Positions 45,451 through 56,789 of a stretch of 64,000 nt of DNA are shown here, piece by piece. This DNA comes from Candidatus Poriferisocius sp. Its GTDB lineage: Bacteria > Actinomycetota > Acidimicrobiia > Acidimicrobiales > Bin134. The notes beneath the pieces are model-generated. The model made no database searches. It was not told where the DNA came from and was given only the letters and a program-made list of their open reading frames with translations. The translations under genes were made by a program, and so were the position numbers. How positions within the stretch are numbered: the stretch's first letter is position 1; each line of letters begins with the position of its first letter. Location: NCBI RefSeq assembly GCF_965202595.1, contig NZ_OZ241836.1, positions 1,104,357-1,168,356 of the forward strand. The letters run 5' to 3'.

Positions 45451-47378
45451 TCCACGACCGCGGCTGCGGGTGGGTTGCTGGCCAGTATCTCGGTGTCGTT
45501 CGGCCCCTCGATCTCCCCCGGACACAGCCCCAGGCCCTCCAGGATCTCCGTGGCCTCCTCCACGTTCAGGGTGGCCAGGGGGGGCACCGTAACCTGCTGG
45601 GGGCCATCCGAAACCACCACCGTCACCACCGAGTCAGCGGCCACCTCCGTTCCCGGAGGAGGTTCCACCCTCACCACGAGGCCGGAAGCCACCTGGTTGT
45701 CCTCCACCCGCCACTCCTCCACCCGCAGCCGGAGATCCTCCAGCTTCTCGACGGCCACGGCCCGCGGCGTACCGGTGTCTATTGCCGGCACCACCCGGGG
45801 CACCGGTCCGAGGGATACCACCAGGTCCACCTGGCCTCCCGGCTCGACCTCGGGGAACAGCTCGTCCACTTGGATGATGACCCCCTCGAGCACGATCTCG
45901 TCGTGGCGCTCGACCACCCCTCCCAGCGACAGACCCACCCCGGCCAGAACAGTCTCGGCATCCTGAACCGCTATTCCCACGAGACCGGCGGGGATGGCCA
46001 CCAGCTCGGGACCCAACGACACCCATACCGTTACCGTCTCGCCCCGTTTCAATCCGGTGCCCGGTTGGGGGTTCTGGCTCAGTACTTGGCCGGCCTCCGT
46101 ACCGTCCCGGCGCTGCTCACGGCGGTCGAGCACCCAGCCGAACTCGTTCTCGATACGCAGCAGCCCGGCCTCACCGGTACCAGCCAGATCGGGTACCGGC
46201 CGGGTCTCGGTACTGAACCAGTTGTCCCACGTCATGTAACCCCCGAACCCCACCGCCCCCACGAGCAGCACCATGAGCAGCAGCAGCCTCCGAAACCCCG
46301 CGGGTTCGATCCGGTGGGGGCTGCCGTCCTGCGGTCTCGTTGCCGAAACCGGATCATCAGGGGTGGCAGGCGCGGGTTCGATCCGGTGGGGGCTGCCGTC
46401 CTGCGGGAGCATCACCGCGGTCGGGGTGCCGGTCGTATCCTGGACGATGCTGGAGGCGGTGAAGGCTTCGGCATCAGATCCGGGCAACCCCGGTTCGGGC
46501 ATGTCCGGCAGGGCCCTGGACAGCGGAAGCGGTTCGGGGCGGTGCAGCGATTCCGCCGCTTCCAGAAGTCCGGTGGCCAGCTCGCCGGCGCTGGGACGTT
46601 CGTTGCGGTCCGGCTGCCCGGCCTCCTCCAGGACTCGACCCAGACGGCCGAACTGGCCGCCAAGATCGAGCTGTCGCCCCATCTTGGCCATCTGGGTGTA
46701 TTCGGGATCGTCGGAGTCGAACGGAACCTGCCCCGACAGGACCTCGGTGAGCACCAGCACCAGGGAGTACACGTCGCTCTTGTGGTCCGGGGTCAGGCCT
46801 TGAGTCTGCTCGGGCGGGGCGTAGCGAACCGCGTCCACCCTGGTGAAAACCGATCTCTCCGCCAACATCCCTGCCGTCTCCAGCATCACCCGGGACAGGC
46901 CCAGATCCGCCAGATGAGCCTGGCCTTGGTTGTCGAACAGGATATTGGAGGGTCGGATGTTTTGATGGATGAGCCCTAGCCGGTGTATGTGCTCCAGCCC
47001 GCGGGCAACCTCCAAGCCGACCATCAGGGTTTGGGAGGGCGACAGCAGGTGCCCGGATTCCAGTATTCCCAGCAGGCTTCCACCCTCCAGGTAGTCGGTC
47101 ACCACGTGGAAGCCATAATCGGATTTCCCCCAATCCCGGGTGGCCACGATGTTGGGGTGGGCCACCGAGGCGGTCTCCCGGGCTGCCTCGACAAAGCGGT
47201 CGGCAAGGTTCGGGTCGGTGGCCCATCCTGCGGGCAGAACCTCCGCCGGCAGCAGCTTGACGGCTACCCAGCAGGATTGCGACAGGTCGTGGGCCAGGAA
47301 CACATTGGTGAACCGGCCCGAGCCGATGAACGACACGAGCCGGTAGCGCTTGCCCAGAACTCGACCGATCTCCTTCAT
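45411..47378 (-). CDS. PASTA-domain Ser/Thr kinase homolog (PknB-like) with a degenerate catalytic loop
   Basis: Contains the GSGRFTNV G-loop, VAVK, DLG and APPE, a TM segment, and four PASTA-like units each ending ...SLGP/SDGP. The catalytic loop reads IHQNIRPSN instead of HRDxKxxN. Confidence 0.85.
   Translation of the reverse strand: MKEIGRVLGKRYRLVSFIGSGRFTNVFLAHDLSQSCWVAVKLLPAEVLPAGWATDPNLADRFVEAARETASVAHPNIVATRDWGKSDYGFHVVTDYLEGGSLLGILESGHLLSPSQTLMVGLEVARGLEHIHRLGLIHQNIRPSNILFDNQGQAHLADLGLSRVMLETAGMLAERSVFTRVDAVRYAPPEQTQGLTPDHKSDVYSLVLVLTEVLSGQVPFDSDDPEYTQMAKMGRQLDLGGQFGRLGRVLEEAGQPDRNERPSAGELATGLLEAAESLHRPEPLPLSRALPDMPEPGLPGSDAEAFTASSIVQDTTGTPTAVMLPQDGSPHRIEPAPATPDDPVSATRPQDGSPHRIEPAGFRRLLLLMVLLVGAVGFGGYMTWDNWFSTETRPVPDLAGTGEAGLLRIENEFGWVLDRREQRRDGTEAGQVLSQNPQPGTGLKRGETVTVWVSLGPELVAIPAGLVGIAVQDAETVLAGVGLSLGGVVERHDEIVLEGVIIQVDELFPEVEPGGQVDLVVSLGPVPRVVPAIDTGTPRAVAVEKLEDLRLRVEEWRVEDNQVASGLVVRVEPPPGTEVAADSVVTVVVSDGPQQVTVPPLATLNVEEATEILEGLGLCPGEIEGPNDTEILASNPPAAAVVDFGTCIKLITRPE
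46300..46405 (-). repeat. 72-bp in-frame duplication in the kinase juxtamembrane linker
   Basis: CGGGTTCGATCCGGTGGGGGCTGCCGTCCTGCGG occurs at 46301 and 46373. It encodes PQDGSPHRIEPA twice. Confidence 0.9.
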
Positions 47379-47434
47379 TTCGGGCACGCTTTGAGGGTAC
47401 CGATCTCCTTCATTTCGGGCACGCTTTGAGGGTA
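47365..47434 (-). repeat. perfect 35-bp x2 duplication of the kinase start, creating a 12-aa ATGA-coupled uORF (47375..47413)
   Basis: CCGATCTCCTTCATTTCGGGCACGCTTTGAGGGTA occurs twice. The uORF MKEIGTLKACPK ends in a TGA that overlaps the ATG at 47378. Confidence 0.95.
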
Positions 47435-47521
47435 CTGCCTGCTCGGAGTGGTTCCTGTGACTCGCCCAATCCAAAGTCATCCGGGGTGTATCTCGCCATC
47501 GGTAGCGGGCACACTGAGAAA

Positions 47522-47941
47522 GTGCGGAACTTCAACTTGTTGCGACGGCTACTTCTGGGAGCCGCAGCCCTGGTGGGCATAGCCGCCATCCTGCTGGCGC
47601 TGTTCCTGGCCGACACCGACGACATTGACGTGACCATCTCCGGCAACGCTGCGGTGGACGCGCTCATTCCCCCTCGCAACGCCGAGGTCCTCTCGCAAGA
47701 GACAGTGGGGGTGGATCTCGCCACCGGCTACGATGCCCGCCTGGCGCTCAACGGTGTGAACATTCCCCCGGAGCAGGTACGCCACATGCCCAATATCAAC
47801 CGGTTCACCTTCCGCCCCGATGAGGGGAAGGTGATCGAGAGGCTTCAGGCCGAGCGGAACTGTGTTGAGGTCACCTACTGGCCCCTCGCCGCCGGTCCCG
47901 AGCAGGCCGACACCATCAGTTGGTGCTTCAACGCTTCCTAG
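47522..47941 (+). CDS. hypothetical membrane-anchored protein
   Basis: N-terminal TM segment LLLGAAALVGIAAILLALFLA followed by a soluble domain of about 110 aa. The start is uncertain; the track ORF begins at TTG 47426. Confidence 0.4.
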   Translation: MRNFNLLRRLLLGAAALVGIAAILLALFLADTDDIDVTISGNAAVDALIPPRNAEVLSQETVGVDLATGYDARLALNGVNIPPEQVRHMPNINRFTFRPDEGKVIERLQAERNCVEVTYWPLAAGPEQADTISWCFNAS

Positions 47942-48050
47942 CCGGTTAGGTGTTTGTTTGTCCTCGGGGCTGGTGCTTCAACGCTTCCTAGCCGGTTAGG
48001 TGTTTGTTTGTCCTCGGGGCTGGTGCTTCAACGCTTCCTAGCCGGTTAGG
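47921..48050. repeat. perfect 50-bp repeat (2.6 copies) spanning a convergent stop/stop CTAG junction
   Basis: TGGTGCTTCAACGCTTCCTAGCCGGTTAGGTGTTTGTTTGTCCTCGGGGC occurs at 47921, 47971 and 48021. The plus-strand gene stops in copy 1 (TAG 47939-47941) and the minus-strand gene stops in copy 3 (CTA 48038-48040). Confidence 0.95.
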
Positions 48051-49168
48051 CGCTGGCGGGCAAGGGTGGTGGCCAGGCCGGGGCGGGAGGGGGCGATCAG
48101 AACCGCGGTTGTCTTGATGTCACCGGTACTCGTGTCGCCGGTGGCGCGATTCGCCCGACGGGTGGGTGGGGTCAGGGTGATCGGCTGGGTCATGGCCAGC
48201 TCCAGGATCAAGCCGGCCGCCCCCATGCTCAGGTCCACCGTGTCTGATTCTTGTGGGGCCGCCCCCGTGCTCAGGTCAACTGTGTCTGATCCTTGATCTG
48301 ATCCTTGCGGGGCAGGGCCGAGGACGGCCACCACCCGGCGGCGCAAGAGCAGTGGATCCTGCACCGCGAGATGATCGTGGATCACCACCCCGGCGGGAAC
48401 GAAAACCAGCCATCGCCGGGTTAGTGAGTAGAGGGAACGGGCCCCTACTACTGCCAAAAGCCCGCCCACCACCGTGATTACCACCCCTGCCACCCAGTGC
48501 TCGGCGGCCAGAAGCAGGGGTCCGCTGAGCAAGCCGCCCACGGTGATGGCCGCCGCGGCCGGCACGGGTCCGGCCACCAGCATCGCCGGGGGTCGCAGCA
48601 GCAGCCTGATCTCATCGCCGTAGGAGATCCCGTTCACGAGCACCTGGCCCACCGGAGCGCTGAGCGAGGCTGCGGCCACCGCGGCGGTGATCGCTGCCAC
48701 CAGGGCAACCTCATCCCAGCCGGCCCCGCCCAGTCCGGCCCACACCAGCGCGGCCACCGCCGAGGGCAGCGCCAACCGAACCAGGACCAGCGTCACCGGA
48801 TGAGCCAGCAGGATGCCCACCAGTACCAGTGCCCACAGTACCCATAATCCCAGCGACGAGGTCGATCTCCACGACGGCGATGTTTCGTGCAGGGCATCGG
48901 CCAGAACCGGCCCGGCAGTGAACGGCAACGCCGCCCACCACCCCCGCACCCCCCACACCCACAATCGATCTCCCCGAAGACCCCTCACGGCCCCCACTAC
49001 AGCACCTCCCCCACCCCAGCCCAAACCATCCACACTGCACTCCGTATCAGTAGAGCTCGCCGTTTTGCCGCCGAAGTTGGTAGGTCGGCAGGTGTCGCCG
49101 GTGGTTGCGAGTTGTACTTGAACTGCGATTCGCAGTGCGCTATGTTTGACCCATGAGATTGAAAGCAA
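48038..49168 (-). CDS. hypothetical polytopic membrane protein
   Basis: Track ORF with several hydrophobic helices (LWVLWALVLVGILLA, VALVAAITAAVAAA, VVITVVGGLLAVVGA). The true start is probably downstream of 49168. Confidence 0.4.
   Translation of the reverse strand: MLSISWVKHSALRIAVQVQLATTGDTCRPTNFGGKTASSTDTECSVDGLGWGGGGAVVGAVRGLRGDRLWVWGVRGWWAALPFTAGPVLADALHETSPSWRSTSSLGLWVLWALVLVGILLAHPVTLVLVRLALPSAVAALVWAGLGGAGWDEVALVAAITAAVAAASLSAPVGQVLVNGISYGDEIRLLLRPPAMLVAGPVPAAAAITVGGLLSGPLLLAAEHWVAGVVITVVGGLLAVVGARSLYSLTRRWLVFVPAGVVIHDHLAVQDPLLLRRRVVAVLGPAPQGSDQGSDTVDLSTGAAPQESDTVDLSMGAAGLILELAMTQPITLTPPTRRANRATGDTSTGDIKTTAVLIAPSRPGLATTLARQRLTG
48215..48310 (-). repeat. 42-bp x2 plus 12-bp x2 in-frame duplications near the 3' end of the membrane protein gene
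   Basis: GGCCGCCCCC(A/G)TGCTCAGGTC(C/A)AC(C/T)GTGTCTGAT occurs twice and CTGATCCTTG occurs twice. Together they encode ...SDTVDLS(T/M)GAA... twice and QGSD twice. Confidence 0.85.
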
Positions 49169-49201
49169 CCTTCAAGTCGTTTGGGCGTGACCGCTCCAGC
49201 G

Positions 49202-49224
49202 ACACACACACACACACACACACA
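49202..49224. repeat. (AC)11.5 dinucleotide microsatellite
   Basis: ACACACACACACACACACACACA lies 18 nt upstream of the ATG at 49242. Confidence 0.95.
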
Positions 49225-49241
49225 GCGCGGGGGGAACAGCA

Positions 49242-49658
49242 ATGGCTGACACCTCTCGTGTCTCACTGCGTAGTCCCCGCAGGGTCTTCGCCCTAGCGCT
49301 TACTGCCGCGGTTCTGACTGCCGCTCTCACGGTGGTACCGATCTCCAGCAGTGTTCCCCTGCTTGGCAACTCGGATGATCAGGCTCTGGCCCAATGTTGG
49401 GGGCTTCCCAGTTGGGCGTGTGGAGGGCATGATTTTAGAGACTCCGTGGATTTAGCCAACAAGGTGTTGGATCCCGTTTATGATGCCACTTCCGCGGCTC
49501 GGATGGGGACGTGGCAAACGGTGTGCACGCCACCGGTATCTTTAGGCACTCTGGTAGCTGCCAGCCAGACTGGTTTCCCGAGAATCGCTCAAGGGGCTGT
49601 TCGGTTTGCACCTGCCGCCGCTGTTGTCTGTACAACAATTTGGATATCGTTCTACTGA
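49242..49658 (+). CDS. small secreted Cys-containing hypothetical protein (Tat-like signal)
   Basis: SLRSPRRVFALALTAAVLTAALT resembles a twin-arginine signal. The mature part has 5 Cys. The region has visibly lower GC. Confidence 0.4.
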   Translation: MADTSRVSLRSPRRVFALALTAAVLTAALTVVPISSSVPLLGNSDDQALAQCWGLPSWACGGHDFRDSVDLANKVLDPVYDATSAARMGTWQTVCTPPVSLGTLVAASQTGFPRIAQGAVRFAPAAAVVCTTIWISFY

Positions 49659-49674
49659 ATCAAGGAGAAAGCAC

Positions 49675-49809
49675 ATGACACTGATGCACCATTGGCTGAG
49701 TTGTGTAGCCAGGTTCATCACGCAACCGAGTCATGCCCGCCGAGTGGTGTTCACGGCGGTTTTTGCAGGCGTGATCATCCTGCTGCGGATGATTGGGTTG
49801 CCGAACTAG
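49675..49809 (+). CDS. small (44 aa) single-TM hypothetical protein
   Basis: AAGGAG lies 8 nt upstream of the ATG. Sequence is MTLMHHWLSCVARFITQPSHARRVVFTAVFAGVIILLRMIGLPN. An overlapping frame continues to 49970, so a frameshifted longer gene is possible. Confidence 0.3.
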   Translation: MTLMHHWLSCVARFITQPSHARRVVFTAVFAGVIILLRMIGLPN

Positions 49810-49933
49810 GGTACGTATCCGGCATCTTGGCGAAGGCCGCTGCGTATGCAGGAGCGGTTTTCGCCGAGTTCCGGTGCTTTGTCCGTGAACGCCCCCGTTT
49901 CTTTGCCGAGGCCCGCCCCGACTTCTTCCCTAA

Positions 49934-52813
<2,880 letters not shown>

Positions 52814-53215
52814 TCATGCCCCGATAACGGTCAACCCCAATGATCTGGCGGCTTGTGCTTGGCGATTGTCGAAGGTCAACAGGGTGGTTGCTGGTCCGGT
52901 ACGAAAAGCGGAGGCAAGATGCAGCGCGTCCAGCGATCGGCAAAGGGTTTGCTCTGCGATCCTGGCTGCCTCACTGACGATTACGACATCCAGGCTTACC
53001 ATATGTAATGCATCCAAGTCCTTGAGAAACTGGCTCTTGGCTCTGGCTGCTTCGTCCGGGTGGAGGAGGCGAGTGAGGTTTTGCCTGATCTCTATTTCGG
53101 TCAATCTGGATGTGACCAACACCGGGTCTGCTGCCATCAACTCTTCGGCCAGGTCAGAGTCGTGTTCGGCCACATAGCGCTTCAGCAGAGCGCTTGTGTC
53201 AACATACAAACTCAC
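52814..53215 (-). CDS. vapC: type II toxin, PIN-domain ribonuclease VapC
   Basis: MSLYVDTSALLKRY...DALHLASA.... A 133-aa protein that overlaps the antitoxin by 4 nt. Confidence 0.85.
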   Translation of the reverse strand: MSLYVDTSALLKRYVAEHDSDLAEELMAADPVLVTSRLTEIEIRQNLTRLLHPDEAARAKSQFLKDLDALHMVSLDVVIVSEAARIAEQTLCRSLDALHLASAFRTGPATTLLTFDNRQAQAARSLGLTVIGA

Positions 53216-53466
53216 CCGCGATCCTCATCGAGAACTTCAAGCACCCCTTTTCTGGCAAAAAAGCGCTGTGTCGACTCCAACCCGGAGCGTTTCGAGGGCT
53301 CGATCCAGCCTTCCCGTATCCCTCGTTCTATGGCCGAATAGCCTGGTAGAGGTCCTAGCTGGGCTACCGGGCGGCCTCGATCGGTTATAAACACCGGTTC
53401 ACCCTCGGAAGCAATCCCGATGAACTCGGACAGCTTTGCCTTCAATTCCCTTATACCAACTTCCAT
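53212..53466 (-). CDS. type II antitoxin (Phd/YefM-like)
   Basis: MEVGIRELKAKLSEFI...GEPVFITDRGRPVAQL.... An 84-aa protein immediately upstream of vapC. Confidence 0.8.
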   Translation of the reverse strand: MEVGIRELKAKLSEFIGIASEGEPVFITDRGRPVAQLGPLPGYSAIERGIREGWIEPSKRSGLESTQRFFARKGVLEVLDEDRG

Positions 53467-53550
53467 GTAGTCACATTACAAGAATAACGTGACTACCGCA
53501 ATTTGCAGGCCAATAACCCCCCCTACCCCAGGACTGTTGGTTTCAACAGG

Positions 53551-54660
53551 TCACGCTGCCACCCCGCCGCCTATAACCAGATCACCCTGGTAGAACACCA
53601 GGGCTTGGCCGGGGGCTACTCGCCGCTGCGGCTCAACCCAACGGATCTCGCAACTGCCCCCTCCTCTGCTGGCGGTAACGGTGCCGACCATGGGGGCGGG
53701 GTGCGGGCCGCCTGGTTCGCCCTCCCTTGCTCTGCTTTCCGTAACCGTGCCGACCATGGGGGTACCGTGGGCGCTGGCCTGGATGTCCACCGGGCCGTTT
53801 ACCGCCTCGCCGGTCCACTGGATGCCAATCACGTCCTGGGTGTCGGTGTAGAGATCCTCCCGCCGGCCCAGGGTGATCCGGGCCGAGGCGATGTCCACGC
53901 CGGTCACGTACCGGGGTTCATCGTTTCCGCCCAGGTTCAGCCCCCGGCGCTGTCCGATGGTCACCGCCGGCACCGACTCCACCGAGCCCAGCACCGTTCC
54001 GTCGGCATCGACCACGGTTCCCGGCATCTCGCCCAACCGCCGGGCCAGAAAGCCGCGCCTGCCCCCCGACCGGTTGGCAATGAAACACACATCCTGACTG
54101 TCGGGCTTGGCCGAGTTGCGCAGGCCCAGATCGGCAGCCCGCTCGCGGACCTCGGCCTTGGTCAGGTGACCGATCGGCAGCATCAGCCGGGCCATCTGCT
54201 GCTGGCTCAACATGTATAGCACGTAGGACTGATCCTTGGCCGTGTCCACCCCCCGCTGCACACGGGGCCCGCCGCCGGTGTCCAGCAGGCGAGCATGATG
54301 GCCGGTGGCCACCGCGTCAAAGCCCAGGGCCTCGGCCCGCACCATCAGCTTGTCGAACTTGATGTGCCGGTTGCACTCGATGCAGGGGTTGGGGGTAAGC
54401 CCGCCGGCGTGGCCATCCACATAGGGGGTTACCACCCGCTGCTCGAAGGCATCGCCGAAGTTGAACACGTGATGCTCCAGACCCAGCCGGTCGGCCACCC
54501 GGCGGGCATCCTGCACATCTGACACCGAGCAGCAGCCGGTGTCCGACTCCCCTCCCCACAGCTTGAGGGTGACCCCCACCACATCGTGACCCTGCTCGGC
54601 CAGCAGCCCCGCAGCCACCGACGAGTCCACTCCTCCCGACATGGCGGCCAGAACCCTCAT
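53551..54660 (-). CDS. mnmA: tRNA 2-thiouridine(34) synthase
   Basis: MRVLAAMSGGVDSSVAA PP-loop, and CIECNRHIKF. Confidence 0.9.
   Translation of the reverse strand: MRVLAAMSGGVDSSVAAGLLAEQGHDVVGVTLKLWGGESDTGCCSVSDVQDARRVADRLGLEHHVFNFGDAFEQRVVTPYVDGHAGGLTPNPCIECNRHIKFDKLMVRAEALGFDAVATGHHARLLDTGGGPRVQRGVDTAKDQSYVLYMLSQQQMARLMLPIGHLTKAEVRERAADLGLRNSAKPDSQDVCFIANRSGGRRGFLARRLGEMPGTVVDADGTVLGSVESVPAVTIGQRRGLNLGGNDEPRYVTGVDIASARITLGRREDLYTDTQDVIGIQWTGEAVNGPVDIQASAHGTPMVGTVTESRAREGEPGGPHPAPMVGTVTASRGGGSCEIRWVEPQRRVAPGQALVFYQGDLVIGGGVAA
53675..53762 (-). repeat. 66-bp in-frame duplication inside the mnmA C-terminal domain
   Basis: GTAAC(G/C)GTGCCGACCATGGGGG occurs at 53675 and 53741. It encodes PMVGTVT(E/A)SR... 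twice. Confidence 0.8.
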
Positions 54661-54728
54661 TTCGTCACCTCCGGTACTGGGTGGTGGCTGGGGGTTGCTC
54701 CCTTCGACATGGCAGCCAGAACTCTCAT
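54635..54728 (-). repeat. 68-bp duplication of the mnmA start, creating a 23-aa ATGA-coupled uORF (54657..54728)
   Basis: CGACATGGC(G/A)GCCAGAAC(C/T)CTCAT occurs at 54637 and 54705. The uORF MRVLAAMSKGATPSHHPVPEVTK ends in a TGA that overlaps the mnmA ATG at 54660. Confidence 0.9.
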
Positions 54729-54732
54729 GGCT

Positions 54733-55887
54733 TCAGCCCGGGCCGTGGGCGCGGAGGCGGGCGACCGCGGTGGGGATGGCGGCCAGCGCCCGGTCGATGT
54801 CGCTCTCGGTGGTCTCGTAGCCCAGCGACAGGCGCAGCGATCCCCCGGCCAGCCCCCGGTCGTAGCCCATGGCCGCCAGGACATGCGACGGATCCTGAGC
54901 GCCGCTGGAGCACGACGAGGCGGCCGACGCGTACACCCCGGCATCCTCCAGCAAGAACAGCAGGGCCTCCGACTCAATGCCCTCGAAACACAAATGGACC
55001 GACCCGGCCACCTTGGCCGACCGGTCTCCGGTTTCCACCACCCCTTCCACCGTACCCAGCACCCCGCCGGCCAGCCGATCCCGCAGCCGGGCCAGTCGGA
55101 CCACCTGGTCGTCCCGGTTCTTCACCACGACCTCGGCGGCGGCGGCCATGCCCACGATGCCGGCCGCGTTGTGGGTGCCCGAGCGCAGCCCCCACTCCTG
55201 GCCGCCCCCCAGCAGCAGCGGGGACAGTTCCACCCCGGCGCGCACCACCAACGCCCCTACCCCCTTGGGCCCCCCGAACTTGTGAGCACTCACCGAGATC
55301 ATGCCGGCTCCGGCGGCGGCGGTGGCCACGTCCAGCCAGGGAAAGGCCTGCACCGCGTCGGTGTGCAGCACGGCCCGGGGAGCAGCCGAGCGCACCACCT
55401 CGGCCACCCGGCTCAGAGGCTGCACCATGCCGGTCTCGTTGTTGGCCAGCATCACCGATACCACGGTCACGTCCTCGTCCAGGGCCGCGGCCAGGGCCTC
55501 GCAATCAATGACCCCGGTGCTGTCCACCGCCACCACCCGGCCCCCCAGGTGCTCCACCGGCTCCAGCACCGCGTGATGCTCGATGGCCGAGCACACCGGC
55601 ACCCCGCCCGCTCGCCGGTAACGGCCGACCACGGCCAGGTTGTCGCTCTCGGTGCCCCCGCCGGTGAACACGATCTCACCGGGTTCGGCCCCGAGGGCCT
55701 CGGCCATCAGGTCACGGGCATCGTCAATCCGCCGCCGGGTGGCCCGGGCCAAGCAGTGCGCTCCGGTCGGGTTGGCGTAAAGCTCCCGGTGCAGCGGAGC
55801 CATCGCCTCAGCCGCCTCCCGGCACAGCGGGGTGGAGGCGGCATTATCCAGGTAGGCAACCTCGTCAGGCCCTGCGGATGCATTCAT
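54733..55887 (-). CDS. cysteine desulfurase (IscS/NifS-type, PLP-dependent)
   Basis: SAHKFGGPKGVG PLP-lysine motif and SSCSSG active-site Cys loop. It lies upstream of mnmA. Confidence 0.9.
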   Translation of the reverse strand: MNASAGPDEVAYLDNAASTPLCREAAEAMAPLHRELYANPTGAHCLARATRRRIDDARDLMAEALGAEPGEIVFTGGGTESDNLAVVGRYRRAGGVPVCSAIEHHAVLEPVEHLGGRVVAVDSTGVIDCEALAAALDEDVTVVSVMLANNETGMVQPLSRVAEVVRSAAPRAVLHTDAVQAFPWLDVATAAAGAGMISVSAHKFGGPKGVGALVVRAGVELSPLLLGGGQEWGLRSGTHNAAGIVGMAAAAEVVVKNRDDQVVRLARLRDRLAGGVLGTVEGVVETGDRSAKVAGSVHLCFEGIESEALLFLLEDAGVYASAASSCSSGAQDPSHVLAAMGYDRGLAGGSLRLSLGYETTESDIDRALAAIPTAVARLRAHGPG

Positions 55888-55902
55888 TGGGGGTTCGCTT
55901 TC

Positions 55903-56010
55903 ATACCGGCACCTGCTGAGGTCGCGTAGAAGAGCAGTTCATGTCGGCACTCGTCTAGGTCGAGGAGAAGAGCAGTGTTCGTACCGGCACCCGCTTAGAT
56001 CGCGGGGAAG
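55903..56010 (-). repeat. about 39-bp x3 (two degenerate copies) of the DsbA-like gene 3' terminus
   Basis: ATACCGGCACCTGCTGAGGTCGCG..AGAAGAGCAGT / ATGTCGGCACTCGTCTAGGTCGAGGAGAAGAGCAGT / GTACCGGCACCCGCTTAGATCGCGGGGAAGACCAG (the real end). Confidence 0.65.
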
Positions 56011-56657
56011 ACCAGATCGTCGCGCTGGGAGCGTTTCAGCTCGGCGAATGACGGCCATGAGGCCAGGGTCACCACCGCGTCCCACAGGCGCACCGAATCC
56101 TCCGGCGGCGGGAGTTGACTCACCACCGGTCCGAAGAACGAGGTGGTCCCCCGATCATGGTGAAACGTGATGATCGGGGTGCCCACATCCGGCCCCGTGC
56201 GCCTCAGCGCCTCCTGGGTGGAGTCCCGCAGGGCATCGTCCAACGACTCGTCCCCGGCCCGGCCGGCCAGCTCCCGGGCCACGCCGATTCGCTCCAGCGC
56301 GGCGGCCAGGTGCTCTTCGGAGGCCACCTTGTCCATTGATGAGCGGATGTTGGGGTCGGGGTTCCAGATGGTGTGCCCGTAGGCGGTGTACAGCGGGCCG
56401 ACCGCCGCTGGTCCGTGCTCCTGGCGCACCGCTTGAGCCACCCGCAGCATCCGCCGACCCTTGTGGTGCAGCTCCCGGTAGCCGTCGGGAAAGCCGTCGT
56501 AGTCGCTGTTCTCGTTCAGGATCGACAAGCAGATAAACCGCCAGTCCACCGAATAGTCCCGCTGGCGAACCACCTCGGTCACCCATCGAGAGGTGATCCA
56601 GGCAAACGGGCAGATGGGATCCCAGAAGAACTCGATGTCGGTATCGGCCATGCCCAT
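55995..56657 (-). CDS. DsbA-family thioredoxin-fold protein
   Basis: IEFFWDPICPFAW, with the CPFA motif at the usual CxxC position. A 220-aa protein. Confidence 0.65.
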   Translation of the reverse strand: MGMADTDIEFFWDPICPFAWITSRWVTEVVRQRDYSVDWRFICLSILNENSDYDGFPDGYRELHHKGRRMLRVAQAVRQEHGPAAVGPLYTAYGHTIWNPDPNIRSSMDKVASEEHLAAALERIGVARELAGRAGDESLDDALRDSTQEALRRTGPDVGTPIITFHHDRGTTSFFGPVVSQLPPPEDSVRLWDAVVTLASWPSFAELKRSQRDDLVFPAI

Positions 56658-56680
56658 GATCCTACGGCTCGTGCCGCCAC

Positions 56681-56785
56681 AAACCGGCCATCAAAACCGA
56701 TCCGGCGATCCAGCTAAACCGGCCATCCAGCTAAACCGGCCATCAAAACCGATCCGGTGATCCAGCTAAACCGGCCATAAACTTG
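56681..56785. repeat. 35-bp/17-bp tandem repeats in the divergent intergenic region
   Basis: AAACCGGCCATCAAAACCGATCCGG(C/T)GATCCAGCT occurs twice, interleaved with AAACCGGCCATCCAGCT and AAACCGGCCATAAAC. Confidence 0.85.
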
Positions 56786-56789
56786 GGGG

